A DNA stretch of 64,000 nucleotides, from NCBI RefSeq assembly GCF_036321535.1, contig NC_087437.1, forward strand, positions 43,774,001 through 43,838,000. The letters run 5' to 3'. Made by a program: the position numbers and the translations under genes. Positions 37,493-52,509 of the stretch are shown here, piece after piece (positions within the stretch are counted from its first letter, which is position 1; every line of letters starts with the position of its first letter). The stretch is from Camelus dromedarius (taxonomy: Eukaryota). Below the pieces are notes generated by a model, which did no database searches, had not been told where the DNA came from, and saw nothing but the letters and a program-made list of their open reading frames with translations.

Positions 37493-38040
37493 GTAAGTAG
37501 ATATAAAATGATATCAATAGGAGCTTATTGTGTTGTTTCTTCCCACAGTATTTACCAGTTCTCAGGAGTCCATATCTTTAGTGTATGACATGACTGACAC
37601 AAAAGATTAGGGGTCTCAGGCCCAGAGTTCTAGTCCCAGTTCTTTTGTTCTTTTTCTTTCTTTCTTTCTTTTTTTTTTTTTTAAACTGAAAAGTGAAGAG
37701 GTAGCTCAAGATCATTGCAGGGCTTCTTACAACTCAAAAATATCATGGTGTATTTTTTTACATGGTACATTCAAAGATGTAGATGAGATAGTGGCATGGA
37801 GGAACTAGGCTTGTAAGGACAAGAATTTAAGCTCCCTTTTTTCTCTCTATACACATGGACACATGTACAGATATGTATATACAAGAATATAAGCATGCCC
37901 GTATAACTATAAAAACAATATGATTCATTTTATGTGTGATTTGTGGTCATATTTGATGTGGAGGCAGTGAAATATCTGTCCTTATGTTAGTGTATTGTTG
38001 TATTTGATGAGAGAATGGATGATTTTTTTTTCTCCCTTAG

Positions 38041-38065
38041 ACAAATGCATACAGTTGTATAGAAA
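38041..38065 (+). other. Candidate 25-nt microexon
   Basis: tttttttttctcccttag|ACAAATGCATACAGTTGTATAGAAA|gtgagt. Confidence 0.45.
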
Positions 38066-40192
38066 GTGAGTCTTGATGAATTCCTTGACCTCTGTGATCT
38101 GGCAGTATGCCTCATGGTTTCTTTAGTAAAGTTTGATTCATTGCTCAATTTGTTTGCCAGTTAAAAGCAAACAGTATGCCTGAAATCAGGGTTGTCTGTT
38201 TTGCACTGCTGCATGGAATGTTGATGTCAGACAAAATTGTAATTTAATTGTTTTGACATTTTGATCTGAGCAGTTCGGATAAGAAAGGTGATTTATCTTT
38301 CATAGAAACCTTGTATTTTGAGCTAGCATAATTTCCCCCAACAACTGGTTTATAAGTGTGATTTCAATTTTTAAAAAGTTGGGTTTTAATCATAATGGGA
38401 TTTGCTCTCATTATTAATTACCAAAGTTTGGTTAGAAGTATATTACAGATATTTTATTTTTTAGATGTTTAGTCATGAAAAAGGTTAGAAGAGTTATGAA
38501 TCCTTTTAAGAACAGATAATGAAAATTCTATACTTTTTGACTTTTCCATTGTGTACAATGCCATACATAAATATTTTCTATATTACAGGTGACTTTTTGC
38601 TTTTTTACAATCTTCTCGTAGAAAATTATTAATGAACTTATTCAGTTTTAAAACTTTATTATATAATATTATTTATTATATTTATTATGTCCAGCCTTAT
38701 CTGTTGGTAAATTTATAACTCTACATAGGCTGTGTTCACTTCTGTGCATTGAGTCCAATTATTATCGGTAGTAAAATAACCTCAAATAATATATTCCTAA
38801 ATGTACTTTGGGTCTCCTTATCTTTTTACATTTACTGGAGGGAAAAAAAAAACATAAAGCAGAAACACTTTTTAAACAAATCATACTTGCTCTGTAAAAT
38901 AGTAGAGGTTTTAAAATTTTTTTTATTTTTAATTTAACACACTACTCAGTGATTCCACAACTTCTTGGGGCATCTTCTGGTTGTAAAAAGCACTTACAGA
39001 CTAGTCAGCTCCCAATGGCGACCATTCAGCTTTTCTGAACTAAACCTGAAACATATTCCCTACTAGGCTTCAGATCTCTCACAGTGTGCTCAAACTTAAG
39101 TAAACACCTTCTGGTGCACTGTAACACTTTTATGAAATGCTGGTCGTAGAAGTCAGTTTCAAATTTTTAATTACATTTAGGTGATAAAAAACATCCCTTA
39201 TTCGACATTCTTAAGTGGTATGAATCTGATTGGGAACAACTTACAAAGGCTTGTAGTCTGGACCCTTTTCCTAAGTTTAATTTTGCTAAATTCCTAGAAA
39301 ACTTTAAAAACCAGGTATTTTCAAGCAAAATAGCTGCTAATTATGCAGGAAGCCTAGTCTTAGGTGTGTATGTTTATGCAAATACCTCAAGGCTTCACTG
39401 CTTCTTGTTGAGACGAAACAGTGTGGGAGTGATATTTCCCAGGAAGGCTCTGTTTAAAGGAGGTTCATGGCTCTTAGGATAAGTCCTTTTCCAGTAAACC
39501 ATAGCTGAAATCATATAGGGCTAGCAGTTATCCGTCTTCTAAGAATTTTCTGAAGAATAGCCTCGTCGCCAAGGTAGTCTAGTGGCTGCCGTACAATAGG
39601 CTAGCCTAAATGATTTGTTAGTCACCACCCTGAAGCTGGAAAATAAGCATATGATTCCTAACTGGGGTACTCTGAACTATGTTGGAAGACTTGGATAAAC
39701 ATGGCTGTCTTCTTGGAATGTCAAATATACTAAAAAAAAAAAAAATTTTGGAGAAAGTAGTTAAGTCACTTAGCTGGTAAATGTTTAAAATTATAAAAGA
39801 ATGTGAATATGGCATCCAGCGCAAAATACACACTTTTTAAAATAAAATTCAAGACTTCAAAATAATTTCTTGCTTGTGGTAAGTCTCTATAGAATATGTT
39901 TTCAGACCCCAGGAAAGAACACAGGTTGACATGCAGATAGGTAATTTTGTTGTCATATTCCCATCATGTTTAGTCCCATTAAGCTTATATTCAGAGTAAG
40001 CTTATATGCAGTCCTATCTAATACTCAGATTATAACCGTTTTCCACCTGCTTTGGTTTACTTGCTTTTCTGATATTTACACATACTGATCTTTTAGATTT
40101 ACAAGAATGATTTTCCTCTTTAATCTTATAGTTTTCCTCCTATAATTTTGGCATTGAGATATTATGATTTCTGTGAGAAGCTCCCCCCCCGC

Positions 40193-40450
40193 TTTTTTTT
40201 TACTTTTTATCTTGAAACTGTGGATACTCAAGAATTTGCAAAAATAGTGCAGATAGTGCATTCATTCCCTTTACCCAGTTCACGCATTGGTTATATCTTA
40301 TACAGCTACAGTATGAAATCAAAACAGAAAGTGGCCATTGGTGCAACTTGTGCGTATAGTTCTGTGTCATTTTACCTCATGTAGATTCATGCAGTTACCA
40401 CCACTAGCAAGATACAGAACTATTTTATCACCACAAAGATCCCTCTTACA
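40193..40450 (-). mobile_element. L1MC/MD-like 3' end, antisense
   Basis: TTGCAAAAATAGTGCAGA...CCCTTTACCCAGTT...CAAGATACAGAACTATTTTATCACCACAAAGATCCCTC. Confidence 0.75.
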
Positions 40451-42784
40451 GTGCCCTGCAAAAGAGATACTAAAAAAAGTCAGGGATATTTAATCTAGTA
40501 AAGGAATCAGTCACTTTCTTTCTTCTAATTTTTGAGATATTTTTATACAAATGCTAGATTGTTTTGTATTTTGGGCTACGTAAGAAAAAGATGCAATATT
40601 ATTATACTGCAGGAAGGCTTCAATAGTCAAAATGGTTTTAACAGATAAAATTATTTGTGAAAGACTTTTTGGAAGGCTCAAACTCAAATTTTCTTCAAAA
40701 ACTTGTTTTGGGAGGTTAGACATTCCATTCATGTGCCTGAAGGTAAGGCCCTGATGATGTCATATGGTTCCATCGCTATGACTGATTCTTGCATGTGTGC
40801 TGGAATTGTCCAGACAGGACTTAAAAAAAAAATGGGGGAGCAAATAGAAAGAGGAATCTTGTTGAAGGTTTTAAGTACTCAAACAATCTTGTATCTTCCT
40901 GAGGAACCCAGAGTTGGAGGAAAATAACATTTCAGCATTATCAAAAGTGCTGTTAAATGACATTGTGCCATGCTTGGTTTTACAGGTATTGATATCTACA
41001 ATTACATCAAGATCACTCACTTTCTTATTTTGTTTAGTCAATATCATATGAGGATAATTATTCTGTTACTAGGGCCTCAGATATCCTTCTTGATAGATTT
41101 CCTCAGAAGTATTTCCAGCAATTATGATCTAGGATTTTATTCTTACATATTGTCATATGAACAGTGTAAATGTATTGTTAAAGCACAGTTTGCATAGATA
41201 ATAGTTTTAGTAGCTTCATCATTTGAAAATTTGTGATCTTGAATATATGAAATAGCTATCTTCCAGCTCTACAAGCAATAAAGTGTTTTTTGGAGTTTGG
41301 GAGATAGTATTGAAACTTTGTGCTCTAATTAGTAATAGCTGCTTATCCATTAGTCCTTTCCCATTCTTTTTAGGTTATCTGAAGAAAAGAAAGAATTCCT
41401 GTCTCCTAAGTTTTTACTGTGCTATCTGAATAATCCTCATAATATTATTATTGTAGTGGTATTTAAACGTTAGGTCCAGATCATTTTCATCTTCATTATG
41501 TTCCATCTTAATTTTCCAAGGTGAAGACAGCAATATATATGTATGTATATATATATATATATATATTTTTCATTTGCTTTACTAACTTTGAGTTGAGTGC
41601 ATAGAAAGGACAAGGCAGAGAATGAGGATGTTCATCTTGTTAAATATATTTTATCCTGTTCTACCAGTGAAAATGATGTAATTTTCCTCTATATCCTTAT
41701 TTTCACTCAGAATGAAAAAAATCGATTTTAATGGTTATTAAATATTGAACATTTTTAAAGTTAATTAAAAAAATGATATTGTGTATGTACAGAAAGGAAG
41801 GGTGGCTTGGTTTTTACTTTTACGAAGAATAACATGGTATGCTGCCATCTCTCTCTAACCTCTGTATCAACCCCAATTTGAGAATGTTAGTATGGAATCT
41901 GCTAGTACTGAGGGTTTAATTTATTGCCAATATAGCTACAGTGACATTAGTGAGATTCAGGTGACTCATCATGACCAGTTCTCCCCTTGAATGGGGAAAG
42001 TTGCTCCTCACTTCATTGCTGCCTGGTATATACCTATAAAAAAAAGCAGCTGTTCTCTTATTTGTTCAGTATCAAATATAAAAATCTAATTGTGTGATAT
42101 TTCATATCATTGTTACCAAGAATTCAATTTTAAAGCAAGCAAAAAACTACATAATAGAAACTTGATATGTTTGTATTATAATTTAGTCATTTTCTTAGTA
42201 TGTATCCAATTTGAACTCCTCTAAGCATTTTTATGACCAAAAAAACCCGTCACAATGTGTGTAGGACAAAGTAGTTACAAAACCTGTGAATTAATGTTTG
42301 ATTTTAAAAAAGGACTTACCATTATATTAGTTTCTGTCTCCCTGATTATTTAAAGAATTGCTCTATTTCTCATGTCTTCTTTTTGGTTTACATATTTTGG
42401 GGGGTAGTGAAAAGAAATCTTTACACATTTTCATAACATACGTTTTTGTCTACATAGCTATTCTTTCACTTTAATATAGACAAAAATAGCATTGTAACCA
42501 ATAAACATTGTTCACTAATGCAACGCTAAGGATAGTGGAAGGATTAAGGAAGGTCTTGTTAGTTTGATATCTGTCTTTCAGTAGCTCACCTTTAAGCAGT
42601 TAAAAATGTTTCTAGGACGTTTGCCTTGTCTATCTTTTGCATCTCATCTCCTCCTTGACCCACTTATATGTATGACCACCTTTCAGAATTTTAAGTTATT
42701 TATTTATAAAATGATTATTGTAAGAATAAATTAAGGTGGCATATGGAGAAGCTACATTATCCTACTTGAGTATCTTTGAAGTTA

Positions 42785-42985
42785 GTTGAGTCTGGGTTTA
42801 AATCCTAGTTTTTCACCTAGGTATTCTATTACTCTGATTTCTGACAACTTGCTTGGCCTCTACTTTTTCCTTTCTAAAATGGGAATAATTTTACCTACCT
42901 TAGAAGGCTGGAGTTAAATCTGATAATAATGTGTGTGAAGCACCTGGCATGTTTCCTGGTACCTAATACGTAATAAAATGTAATT
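42785..42985 (+). mobile_element. MIR SINE
   Basis: CTGGGTTTAAATCCTAG...AAAATGGGAATAAT...CTACCTTAGAAGG...CCTGGTACCTAATACG. Confidence 0.7.
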
Positions 42986-43199
42986 TCTTTTCTTTTCACC
43001 ATTTTCTCATTCTCCACACACATGAGGAAGGGGACCTGGAAAAGATCAGATATGGGTTAGGATCAAACCATTTCATCCTGTTTTCTTTGCCAAACAATAA
43101 GGGGCTTTTCTTTCCCAAAGAAAAATTACTGAGGGGATTTCCTTGGTGGTGAAAGACTGGGAAGATTTTACAAGTCACCATCTACCAGTAGGTGTTTGA

Positions 43200-43732
43200 T
43201 ATCTGATCATTTAATACCATCACTCCTCTGCTTAAGAGTCCCTGGTGGCCCCTCACTGCCTGTGAGATGAACCTAAACTTCTTAGCCCACTATACTCTGA
43301 ACAAGGCCCATTATAATCTGGCCTCCATTAAAGACTCCATCCTCATCTTCTGATAGGATAAGATCCTAAACATGCTTTTTTTTTTTTTTTTCATGTTTGT
43401 GATATAAGTAACCTGCCTTTTATCTTTCATCTTTCCACACATGTGGACACTCTTCCTGGAATGTATTTCTCCCTTATATAAATGCCCATATAGCCAGTAA
43501 TATATCTTTTTTGTGAATGTCCCCAACCCTTTCCTCTAGAGCCAGTCACACTCCCTCCACTGTGGCCTCGTATTCCCCTGTATACATGGCTGCTTTTATT
43601 AGCATCATTTTCAATGTATATTCATTCTCTCTCCTCCATGTTTTATTTGTCATATGAGCAGACAATGTCTTTAAATCTTTGCCTCCTTACTCGCCTGTCA
43701 TTATGGTGCCCAGAATGTACTTATTAAATGAA
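43200..43732 (+). mobile_element. L2 3' fragment
   Basis: CATCACTCCTCTGCTTAAGA..., CAAGGCCCATTATAATCTGGCCTC, CTTCCTGGAATG follow L2 consensus order. Confidence 0.6.
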
Positions 43733-46700
43733 TTTCTCTTATTAAGCTTACTAAATGAATTTCTCTTCATGAGACAAGCTAAGTACTCTCTAATGTGCTG
43801 TAACATAATAGCCCAAACCAAAGCTACTCCCAAATTCCACCTGCACCTCCCATGAGAAGATATTCTTCCCCAAATAGATTATAGACTCATAAGTGTGCTC
43901 TATACCTAGCCTTGCCAATCACACAGAAGTTGCCTAGGCTCACATCAGGTGTGATTAGGGGTTGAAGATACAACTTCATTTTATCACTTCACTGCCTTTT
44001 GCTGCTTAAGCAAGCTGATGTACTGAAAGGAAAATATAGATTAATAGAAAGTGAAGATTTACTTTACCTGAAACTCTAATATCCAGTAAAGCCAGATGTT
44101 GCCCCTTTTCAAGATTACAAAGGAGATTAGCAGACACATTTTGTGGGTGTGTGTGTGTGTTTGGGAGAGGGTGGGTAAGCTGGGCAGGAATGAGGAGGAT
44201 GATGACTCTTAGGGTCCTACGGGGAAGTCTGTTTTGAGATAGTCCCCAAAGACACTTGATGTAAATAGATAAGAATTTTATGAGTAAAGAAGCAGAAGCC
44301 TTGAAAGTATAAAAGATGTTCCAAGACTTGTATTAAGCAGGTGGAGCTAAACAGGAATGAGTGAGGGTCAATAACAGAATTGCAGCTGAACTTAATTATA
44401 AATGGGTCACATGTAGGTCTCCAGAATGCCATCTACTGGGTCCATGTTCACTTCTTGGGACACTTAATGGCACCAAGTTATGCTGCACGGTAGGGATGGC
44501 ATGAGGAAAAGTAGAGAAATAGAAAAATCAACCTGGTCAGGCTTTTCCCCCAAAAGAAATATTGAGATACATGGTCTGAAACATGGTTTTGGACAGATCT
44601 AGGAAATAAGGAATTTTTATAGTGATAATAGATGACTAGACCATTTGGGCCTAGAATTCAGTTAAGTTCAATAAACACTGAAAGCTGTTCTTTGCTGAGA
44701 GAAACTGAAGTATATCTTGATTTGCCTTTCACAGAGCTTTTGTTGTACTTGGAGGGATGAGGAAATAAAACAATCCCTGGAAGGTAAGACAGTGTTTTGT
44801 CTTGTGTGTGTTTTTTAATTCACAAAACTATGTCTTTATCTGAGACTCTGATTTATATTTTATTAGACTAGAGAGATGATGGTTTGATGCTAATATTATT
44901 AGGTAGCAGTAGCTTATGACATATTTAGGATTAGCTTTTTCAAAAGTTTACTTAGCTACTCCATTTTCAGTTCACCCTTTGTTTCTTCTACTGATAGTGA
45001 ACATGTGAGTATGAAAAATGAAGTTGAAAAACTTGAATAAAGAAGTATAATATTTTTAGAGCATCAGTTTCTTGTTATAATAGTCTCATTTTATGTGTCC
45101 TTCCTTGGAACCCACATCACATCCTTTTTGGAATATATAACTAATAAAAGTAAAACAAGGAAACACAATGTTGGGATACAAAAGTTAACACTATTTTTAC
45201 ATTTAATTTATTCTCTAGAGAACATTATTCTTATTCTTAGAGGTATAATTAGTTACTTTAAGAGATAACCTAGTTTAGCCCTTTTCAGTTACAAAGAAGT
45301 ATTAAATGACTTGCTCAAACTCATATAGGTCTGACTCAAATGAGACCAAGCTGGGACTAGCAATTGGTGTTCTTTTTGCCTTACAATCCAAATCTTTGCC
45401 ACTATCCAAATCCATGTATTTTTTTTTTAACTTTGTTGTAAGTAGTGGCTTTCCCATTTTTTCTTTTATTAAAATGTGCAGATGCACTTTCAATGCATTT
45501 TTTCTTCTTTATTTCACATTGTTCTGGTGGAGCTACTAAACTACTCAGGATTGCTTCCTAATTTACTTAATGTTTTCTTCACAGCTCTGTTATCTTTTAG
45601 AGGGCTACAAAGATGATCAGAGTAGCAAGCCAGTATTCTTCCCGGGCAGAGAAAAACCTGGGGGATGGGCAAGATAGTGAGGGGAGAGAGGTTGGAAGGA
45701 TGTGGTTCCCAAGGTTTTTATGAAGTTTCCACTGGTCTTTGACAGAATGAGAAAATAAGGGTTATGCAGTGAGTTTTCCCGCTCTCTTTTATTCTATAAT
45801 CTTGTCTGTCCTACTCTTTTGAGGAACAGTATTATTGATAAGTTGATAACCCTATATCAATCCTCTCATATATATGTGTGTGTGTTCTGTATATATATAT
45901 AGTTTGTTTGTTTTGCGAGATGCTCATCCAGAATCTGCAGTGCTCTTTACGGAGAAAAGGCCCATGTGAGGCCTCTTATAATAGAACCCTGGGAGACACG
46001 AGGGACTAGATGTCTGGGATGAGAGAGATGCTAAGAGACAAGTGTGTTTTAAAATGGAGGAGATGTCAGATTTGAGGAAACTGGGGACTTGGGGAAAATG
46101 AAAATGAAGACTGTTTAGTTGGCTTTCTCAGGATTGGTGTTAAATAAGTTTAACACTGAAAAACATGCAGTGGACAGTGACTTGGAAGAATGCTTACTTG
46201 GAACTCTCAGCGTCTGTGCTGGATTCATTAGGTCATCTCAGCCCAATTATAGATTCACTGAATGCTTTACACTCAAAATGGGAATTTAAAATGCTGATTT
46301 TTAAAGAGCTTTAGGTTCATCAAGTGAAATGTACCACTGTAAGCTTCAAAGATGGTTTCTTCTCTTGGATATAGTCTTCGAAATGGGATTCAACTGAAGC
46401 TTTACAAAGTGGTATTAGAGCTCCTAATGACAGCAATCTTGCCTTTGATTCACGTTTTCTAAACCACCTGCATATTATATTGTATGTTCTCTGTAATTAT
46501 GAAGTGATGTGAAAAAATTATTTAATTTTTTGGCAAGTTGCCTTAACATGTTAATGGGACACTGGCAACATTACTAAGATTGAAAAACTGAAACCTGCTT
46601 TCCAGATGATCTGTCTTTATAGGAAAATGAATGCATGCTGCTAAAGCAAAACGAAAAAACAAGACAAAACCCAAAACAGTTCCCCTTTCCCCGACCAATA

Positions 46701-47053
46701 ACACCCATAAATAATCTTGAACAAATAAGGATATGCCAGGGTACGTTAAGAGTCATGGCATCTGGAGTCAAACATACAGAATAAAGCATAGTAAGAGCTA
46801 TTTTTGATTTTTTTATTCTCCATATCATATAAACCCTAAAAATATTTTCCTCTTGGATCAGGAAGAGAAATAATTCAAAGATCAGTTTTGTGTTTGGTTA
46901 GCTTTTTTTGTTCATGTATAAAAATTGTGTAGGAAAAATGGAAACATTTAGCATTTATTTCTAGTTGAAGAAGTTTGCATAGAAAAATCCAAGTGATACA
47001 GATCATGAATATAAAACTTTTTACTTTCTGTGTTACTTTCTGAAAGGTGAGTA

Positions 47054-47286
47054 CAGGAGAGCCTTGAGCAGCTTGGGAGTTAGGGGCACACACCCTCCTC
47101 CTGCCCCTGAAGTTGAAATTCCACTTTTAACTTTACAATTGGGCCTCCACATGCATGGTACTGCATTTGTGGAATCAATCAACTGATGATTATGTAGTAC
47201 TGTATTATGTATTCATTGAAAAAAAATCCATGTGTATGTGGACTCACACAGTTCAAACCCATGTTGTTTAAGTGCAGTATCAACTG
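47054..47286. mobile_element. Short Tigger2-family (Tigger2a/MER8-like) element
   Basis: TA flanks at 47052-53 and 47287-88; GGACTCACACAGTTCAAACCCATGTTGTT...TCAACTG end and CCTTGAGCAGC..GGGAGTTAGGGGCAC start. Confidence 0.75.
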
Positions 47287-50200
47287 TACAGCTATTTAAA
47301 ATCTGATTTGTTGTATTAGTTTCAAATTGACTTACAGAGAATACTTTCTTTGGAAAATCAAACATTTTATGTTTTAAACATTTTTTCTAATAATAAAAAT
47401 AATACAGAATTATTGCAGAACATTTAGAAAATCTAGAAATGTATAAAGAATTAGAAAAATAAAGTCACCTATAATTAACTACCCAGTGTTAAAATCTTAG
47501 CATTTTTTTCTGATTTTTTTCCGTTTTATTTTTCCTCATATTTTTGAGATCATACTAGATATTTTAACATCCTGCTTTTTCAATATAATGTATATAGAGT
47601 ATTTTAAATATTATTTTAAACTTTGTAAGTGTAATTATTGACCACTGCATGGTACATCATCTGACTTGGCCATAATAAATCTATTTCTCTGTTGTTGGCC
47701 ATTTAAGTTGTTTCTGTAAATATTTGCTCTTTAAATTAATGCAAATTTCTCTTCAACTGAGGAAGCTTATTGAAAAAATTCTTCTTAAAAGATTACAGTT
47801 TCCTTTTCTTCTTCCATTCCCTCAATTACATACTAGCTAATTCCTAGAATTTCTCCCTCCATATTCCTTGAAATTTGAAAAACTTCTTGCTCTCTGTGAC
47901 TGGTATGATAGCCTCAGCTTAGTTGCGATGGACGTATTGTGATTGTGAAAAGTAAAGTATATATTTGTTCCTTTCATTAAACTAGTATTAACTTCAACTG
48001 GATGTCCTTATGCAGCCTGAGAGCCATAAATATACTTTAGAGAATGTGCTCAGAGATGCTAAATAGAGTGTAAGGAATGAAATACTACTCATTCACCATA
48101 GAGTTTATTTTTTTTTCTAGTATAAAGCATTTTACCACAGTTACATGCAAAATGAAGTGTTTTACACTGATATTAATAGTGATAGCTGTATGAATTAAGT
48201 ATTGATTTTTTATGTATAATTTATTTTTTATTGATCTCAAGAGTAAAACAGTTTGTCAGTATTATATTATAAAAATTCTGTTGGCTATGTGGGACCTTTC
48301 TGAGTTTAATAATTATATTTTTTTCAAAAAATTTGTCATTTTGTAGGAAAAGGTGGGTAGTGTTGTGGACAAAATTATTGAGTGAAATTCTTGGTCTTTA
48401 GGTATCTTGGTAAGGCTATGTGGATTTTTCTGTGGTTAAGATCTTTTTATTCATATTAGAAAAAAATACTACTACTTTGTGTGAAAATAAATTACTATTC
48501 AAAATAATATATATTTCTTTGGGGAACTTTCCTCACCATTTCCTTTTCCTAAGCTTATGGTAATTTATTATGAAAAGAAGCCTGTGAAATAAAATTTAAT
48601 TAAATGTTGATTTGATTTCTGGAAATAGTCACAATATATGATAATAAACCTGTCTGCATTTTTATTTAACAAGATGCTTTTTGATGGCATTAGACTTTCT
48701 ATACCACAATTTCCTTATATACTTTAAAGAACTTCAAGACAATAACTGTGTATGTGTGTGTATGTGTGTGAGTTTCTTGTTCTTCTAATATCTATATGTT
48801 AAAATTACTTTAAAGAATAAATAGCATATCTGGCATTATATTCTGTGAATTTCACATCTCATTAAAAGAATAATTTGAAGGGGATATAATAAATTGTGTT
48901 CCATGGTTGTATTCCACATAGACTCTTTTAGAAATTCATTATATAGTAAGAAGTGATTTATTTCTCAGATTTTTATCGCAAAATTTAATTTATCTTTAAT
49001 TTTTCATATTCTATTCATTTAATGCCATTGTTTTACATGGAAGGCATAAGAAAAATATTAGTTTGCCCAGAGATTTGTTTTTGCCCCTGATTTTTGTTTT
49101 TAAATATTTTTTTCTTTTAATTATTTCTTCTTAAATATTATTCTTTAGTTCCATAAAGGAATGATTATTATTAGAACATTTATTCTTGGCTGGTGGAAAA
49201 TTCTTCAGAGCTCAACACAAAGACAGCTGTTATCTTTCCAATGGAAATCAAATCAGAATATATAACCATTTTGTTTTCACACATCTACTGAAATCAGAAA
49301 GAAAATTTCATCTCTATGATTTTTCGCAGTTATTTTCATAATAGTGCAGTTCTTAAAATACTTAACAAATATTTGTTGAGGATACCATGGGCTTTTAAAG
49401 AATACTTTTTTAGGAACAAAAATGTGAACCTATTCTGAAAGCCAATGAATAGTTACTAAGATGAAACGGAAAAATCTTCAGTATTCTAGATATGTCTCTA
49501 AAATGACTAGTGCTCTGAAAAATAAAGGTAGATCTGGATTCAGAATTGACACGTCTGAGATAATTTAGAGAATGAAGTCAGTTGTTGGTAGAGAGGCATC
49601 AGTGTATGCATCTTTTGAGTTAGGAGATGATAGCTCTCTCTACACTCTTGAAGTGAAAGTAAGAAAGGGTGAAGGGACCCTTTCCAACAAATATTAACAC
49701 ACAGTGAAGTTAGTCAAAATAACCCAATGAGAATTACAGAGTTAGAATGGGGAAGGATCCCACCAGATTGACTTTTATTTGTTTTCTTTTTTAACTGGCT
49801 GGTTGATTTATAACATAGAATAGCTAGTAGACTCTAGTTTATAGACATGGTAATTCAGTAATCCCTTTTGCTTCATTGTCGGTGTTCTGTCATATTGCTA
49901 AGTTACTTGTGAACCGTCTATATATATATATATCTGGGCTTTAGTTAGTCATGGGAATATGCAGAGTTTAAAAGTAAAATTAATTGCTCAGCCTCTGATA
50001 ACTTCTGCACAGTGAATCACCTTTAGAAGAATGCTACATAAAACAAACCATCGTACAGAAGAGACAGTTAGGAACCCTAGTACAGTTTTGTTGCTGGGTC
50101 TGCAGGGAGAGATTTGCAGATTTTGTGAGATCCTGCCAAGAGTCAAGCAAAATCTGCATCACAGCACATTATCTCCTGTGGGGAAAAACCAGCAGGGGTG

Positions 50201-52509
50201 CTTATGGTTCTCAGCCATCTCTGCTCTGTGTGCTTTTGTCCTACTATGTAAAAGCCTTCCATTCGCTGGAAACAGTAACAGTGTTGGAACCCTGGGAGAA
50301 AAGGATAAAAGAACAATGAAAATTACCAATTACATGAAAAGGACCTTTATAGGCAAGCTTGACCAGTAGCCTGGCAGTCAAGTTGAAGAGTGATTAGATA
50401 AGCTGATACGATTTTACATAAACTTTTATTTTAAGAAATAGCACTCATATTTGAGGTGGGGAAAGCCATTGGGTTGAGTGACGAATACCTGATGTGTACT
50501 GATGTGTAGGTATATCTAAAGTTCTTTTTGTAACCATCCTAAATACTACATTTAATGCTGTACTCTAATGATTAATTATCTTCCTATTTTTTTCTTTTTG
50601 TAGTCAGATTTTATAATTTACTTTCTGTCACGTGTCTGTTTAGAAAGAAGTAGAAGTGACTGAAGAATGCAAAGTTGAATAAGAAATAAATTTAAAAGTA
50701 ACCGCTAGAGTCAGAAGGTGTATTTGGAAATTAGGAAGCTGTTATATGTATTGTTGGGAAAAAATAAGGAATTCCAGAAGACCTCATACTTCTGAGCTAC
50801 AGTATTTCTTGCTTTTAACCTTTATTATTTTCTTGATTTAGACACTGTTTTTAGTTTGTAGGCTTATTTGACAAACTAAATGTTCAAAATTTTTAAATGT
50901 TTTATATTTAAAAAAATAATGTATATGTGACTGTAGTATCTTAGTCTGACCTAAATCTGCAACAATGTTTAGCTTAAAGTTACATAGTAACAGGTTTTTG
51001 ATACAAAAACTTTATCCATAAATTAAACTCTGAAACGATCATTTTAAAGTTAGTTGTTAGATTCACTTTTTGTATAATTTCACCCTAATTTCTTATATTT
51101 ACTTACTGTAATTTCTGGCACTTTTCAGGAGTGGGCGATGTCATCAAAAAACCATTTATATTGTCTTATAAGTAAAATAGAAGCTTATTTCTCTTTCACA
51201 TAACAGTGGTAGGGTGGTTTCTAAGCATCAAACAATTTTTTAAAATGAATAAAATTGTTGCAATTATGTTTTCATTTGACAGAATTTGTCTAATATAACA
51301 GCCAGTTATTCCAAGATTTTAATGCATTAAAGTGAGTTAAAACAAAATATTTGATTTTGACCAATTACAAGTGACTGTTGTTAGATTAATATATAGATTA
51401 TTTTTCATTAGATTAAATATTTATCATTTTTAGATAAATAACACTAAGATTCCTATTATGATTCACTTTTCAGGTGAAAATATTAGATGAAAAAGTATTT
51501 GCCAATATTTTCCCCCCTATAATAGAGTAAATTCATGTAAAGTAGAAGGGAAGAAGTTAGTACATGCTGTTATTTTTAAGCATTTTACAATCCTTATTGA
51601 GCAGATAGTTTATATCTAAAGGCCTAATAAACTTTGGTATCTTACTTTATGAGCAATGCTTTAATGATTAGAAGATTAATACTTTTAAATTATATGTAAT
51701 ACGAATTTTCATAATATTTCAAATAATTTTGTTGTGAAACTCATTTTTATATACAGTGAAAACTTTTTCTTGAATGATCCTTCTATTAAAGAGATTGTGT
51801 ATATATATAACACTCTGTGTGTGTTTTTTAAAAATAATTGTTCCAAAAATTGGTATAAAAAAGTAATTTTGATACAATTGAACCTTTTATCTTTATATGT
51901 CAACACAATTAATGAAATTTGCTAGTGATTTTTTCCCAAGTAGGAACTGTGTTTTATTCACCTTTGTATCCCAGAATCCAATCTGTCTATTACAGAGTAC
52001 ATATTCAATAATGTTTACTGAGTGAGTTTCAATCTCTTTTCTCATAAAGTCTTATTTGTCACTATTTAATCAAGCTAAGATACCAAATTTGTTTTATAAT
52101 TCACTGAAAGTTTAAATGAATTTAAATGTTTCCAAATACACTTGTTAATTATATTTGAATTACTGTGCTGCTTGTGAGAAGTAATCATCTGAATAAAAAT
52201 CGGGGCGTCTGAACTACAATGTATTGTTCCTTCTAATGCTTTTGCAATATTATATCAATTTTCAGAGTACAGAAAATATCTGTTTCTGATACCAGTCTTC
52301 TATTTTGGTTAGGTCTTTAATATTTTCTTTCTGCTTATTAATTTGTATTCATCTTTATTACTTAATGATAGACTTATATCTTAGTGCCTAAACATATACA
52401 CACCTTTTTTCTTTTACTTGTACTTTAAACTTTTACTTTTTAATAGCTCCACTGCCCAATCTTTGTGTATGTTCATACATTTGTGTATGTCTGTGCGTAT
52501 ATTTGAAAG

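Noticed and set aside
48335..48360. Possible 6-nt microexon (ttttgtag|GAAAAG|gtgggt)
   Set aside because: Signals this short occur by chance in T-rich introns; no supporting context.
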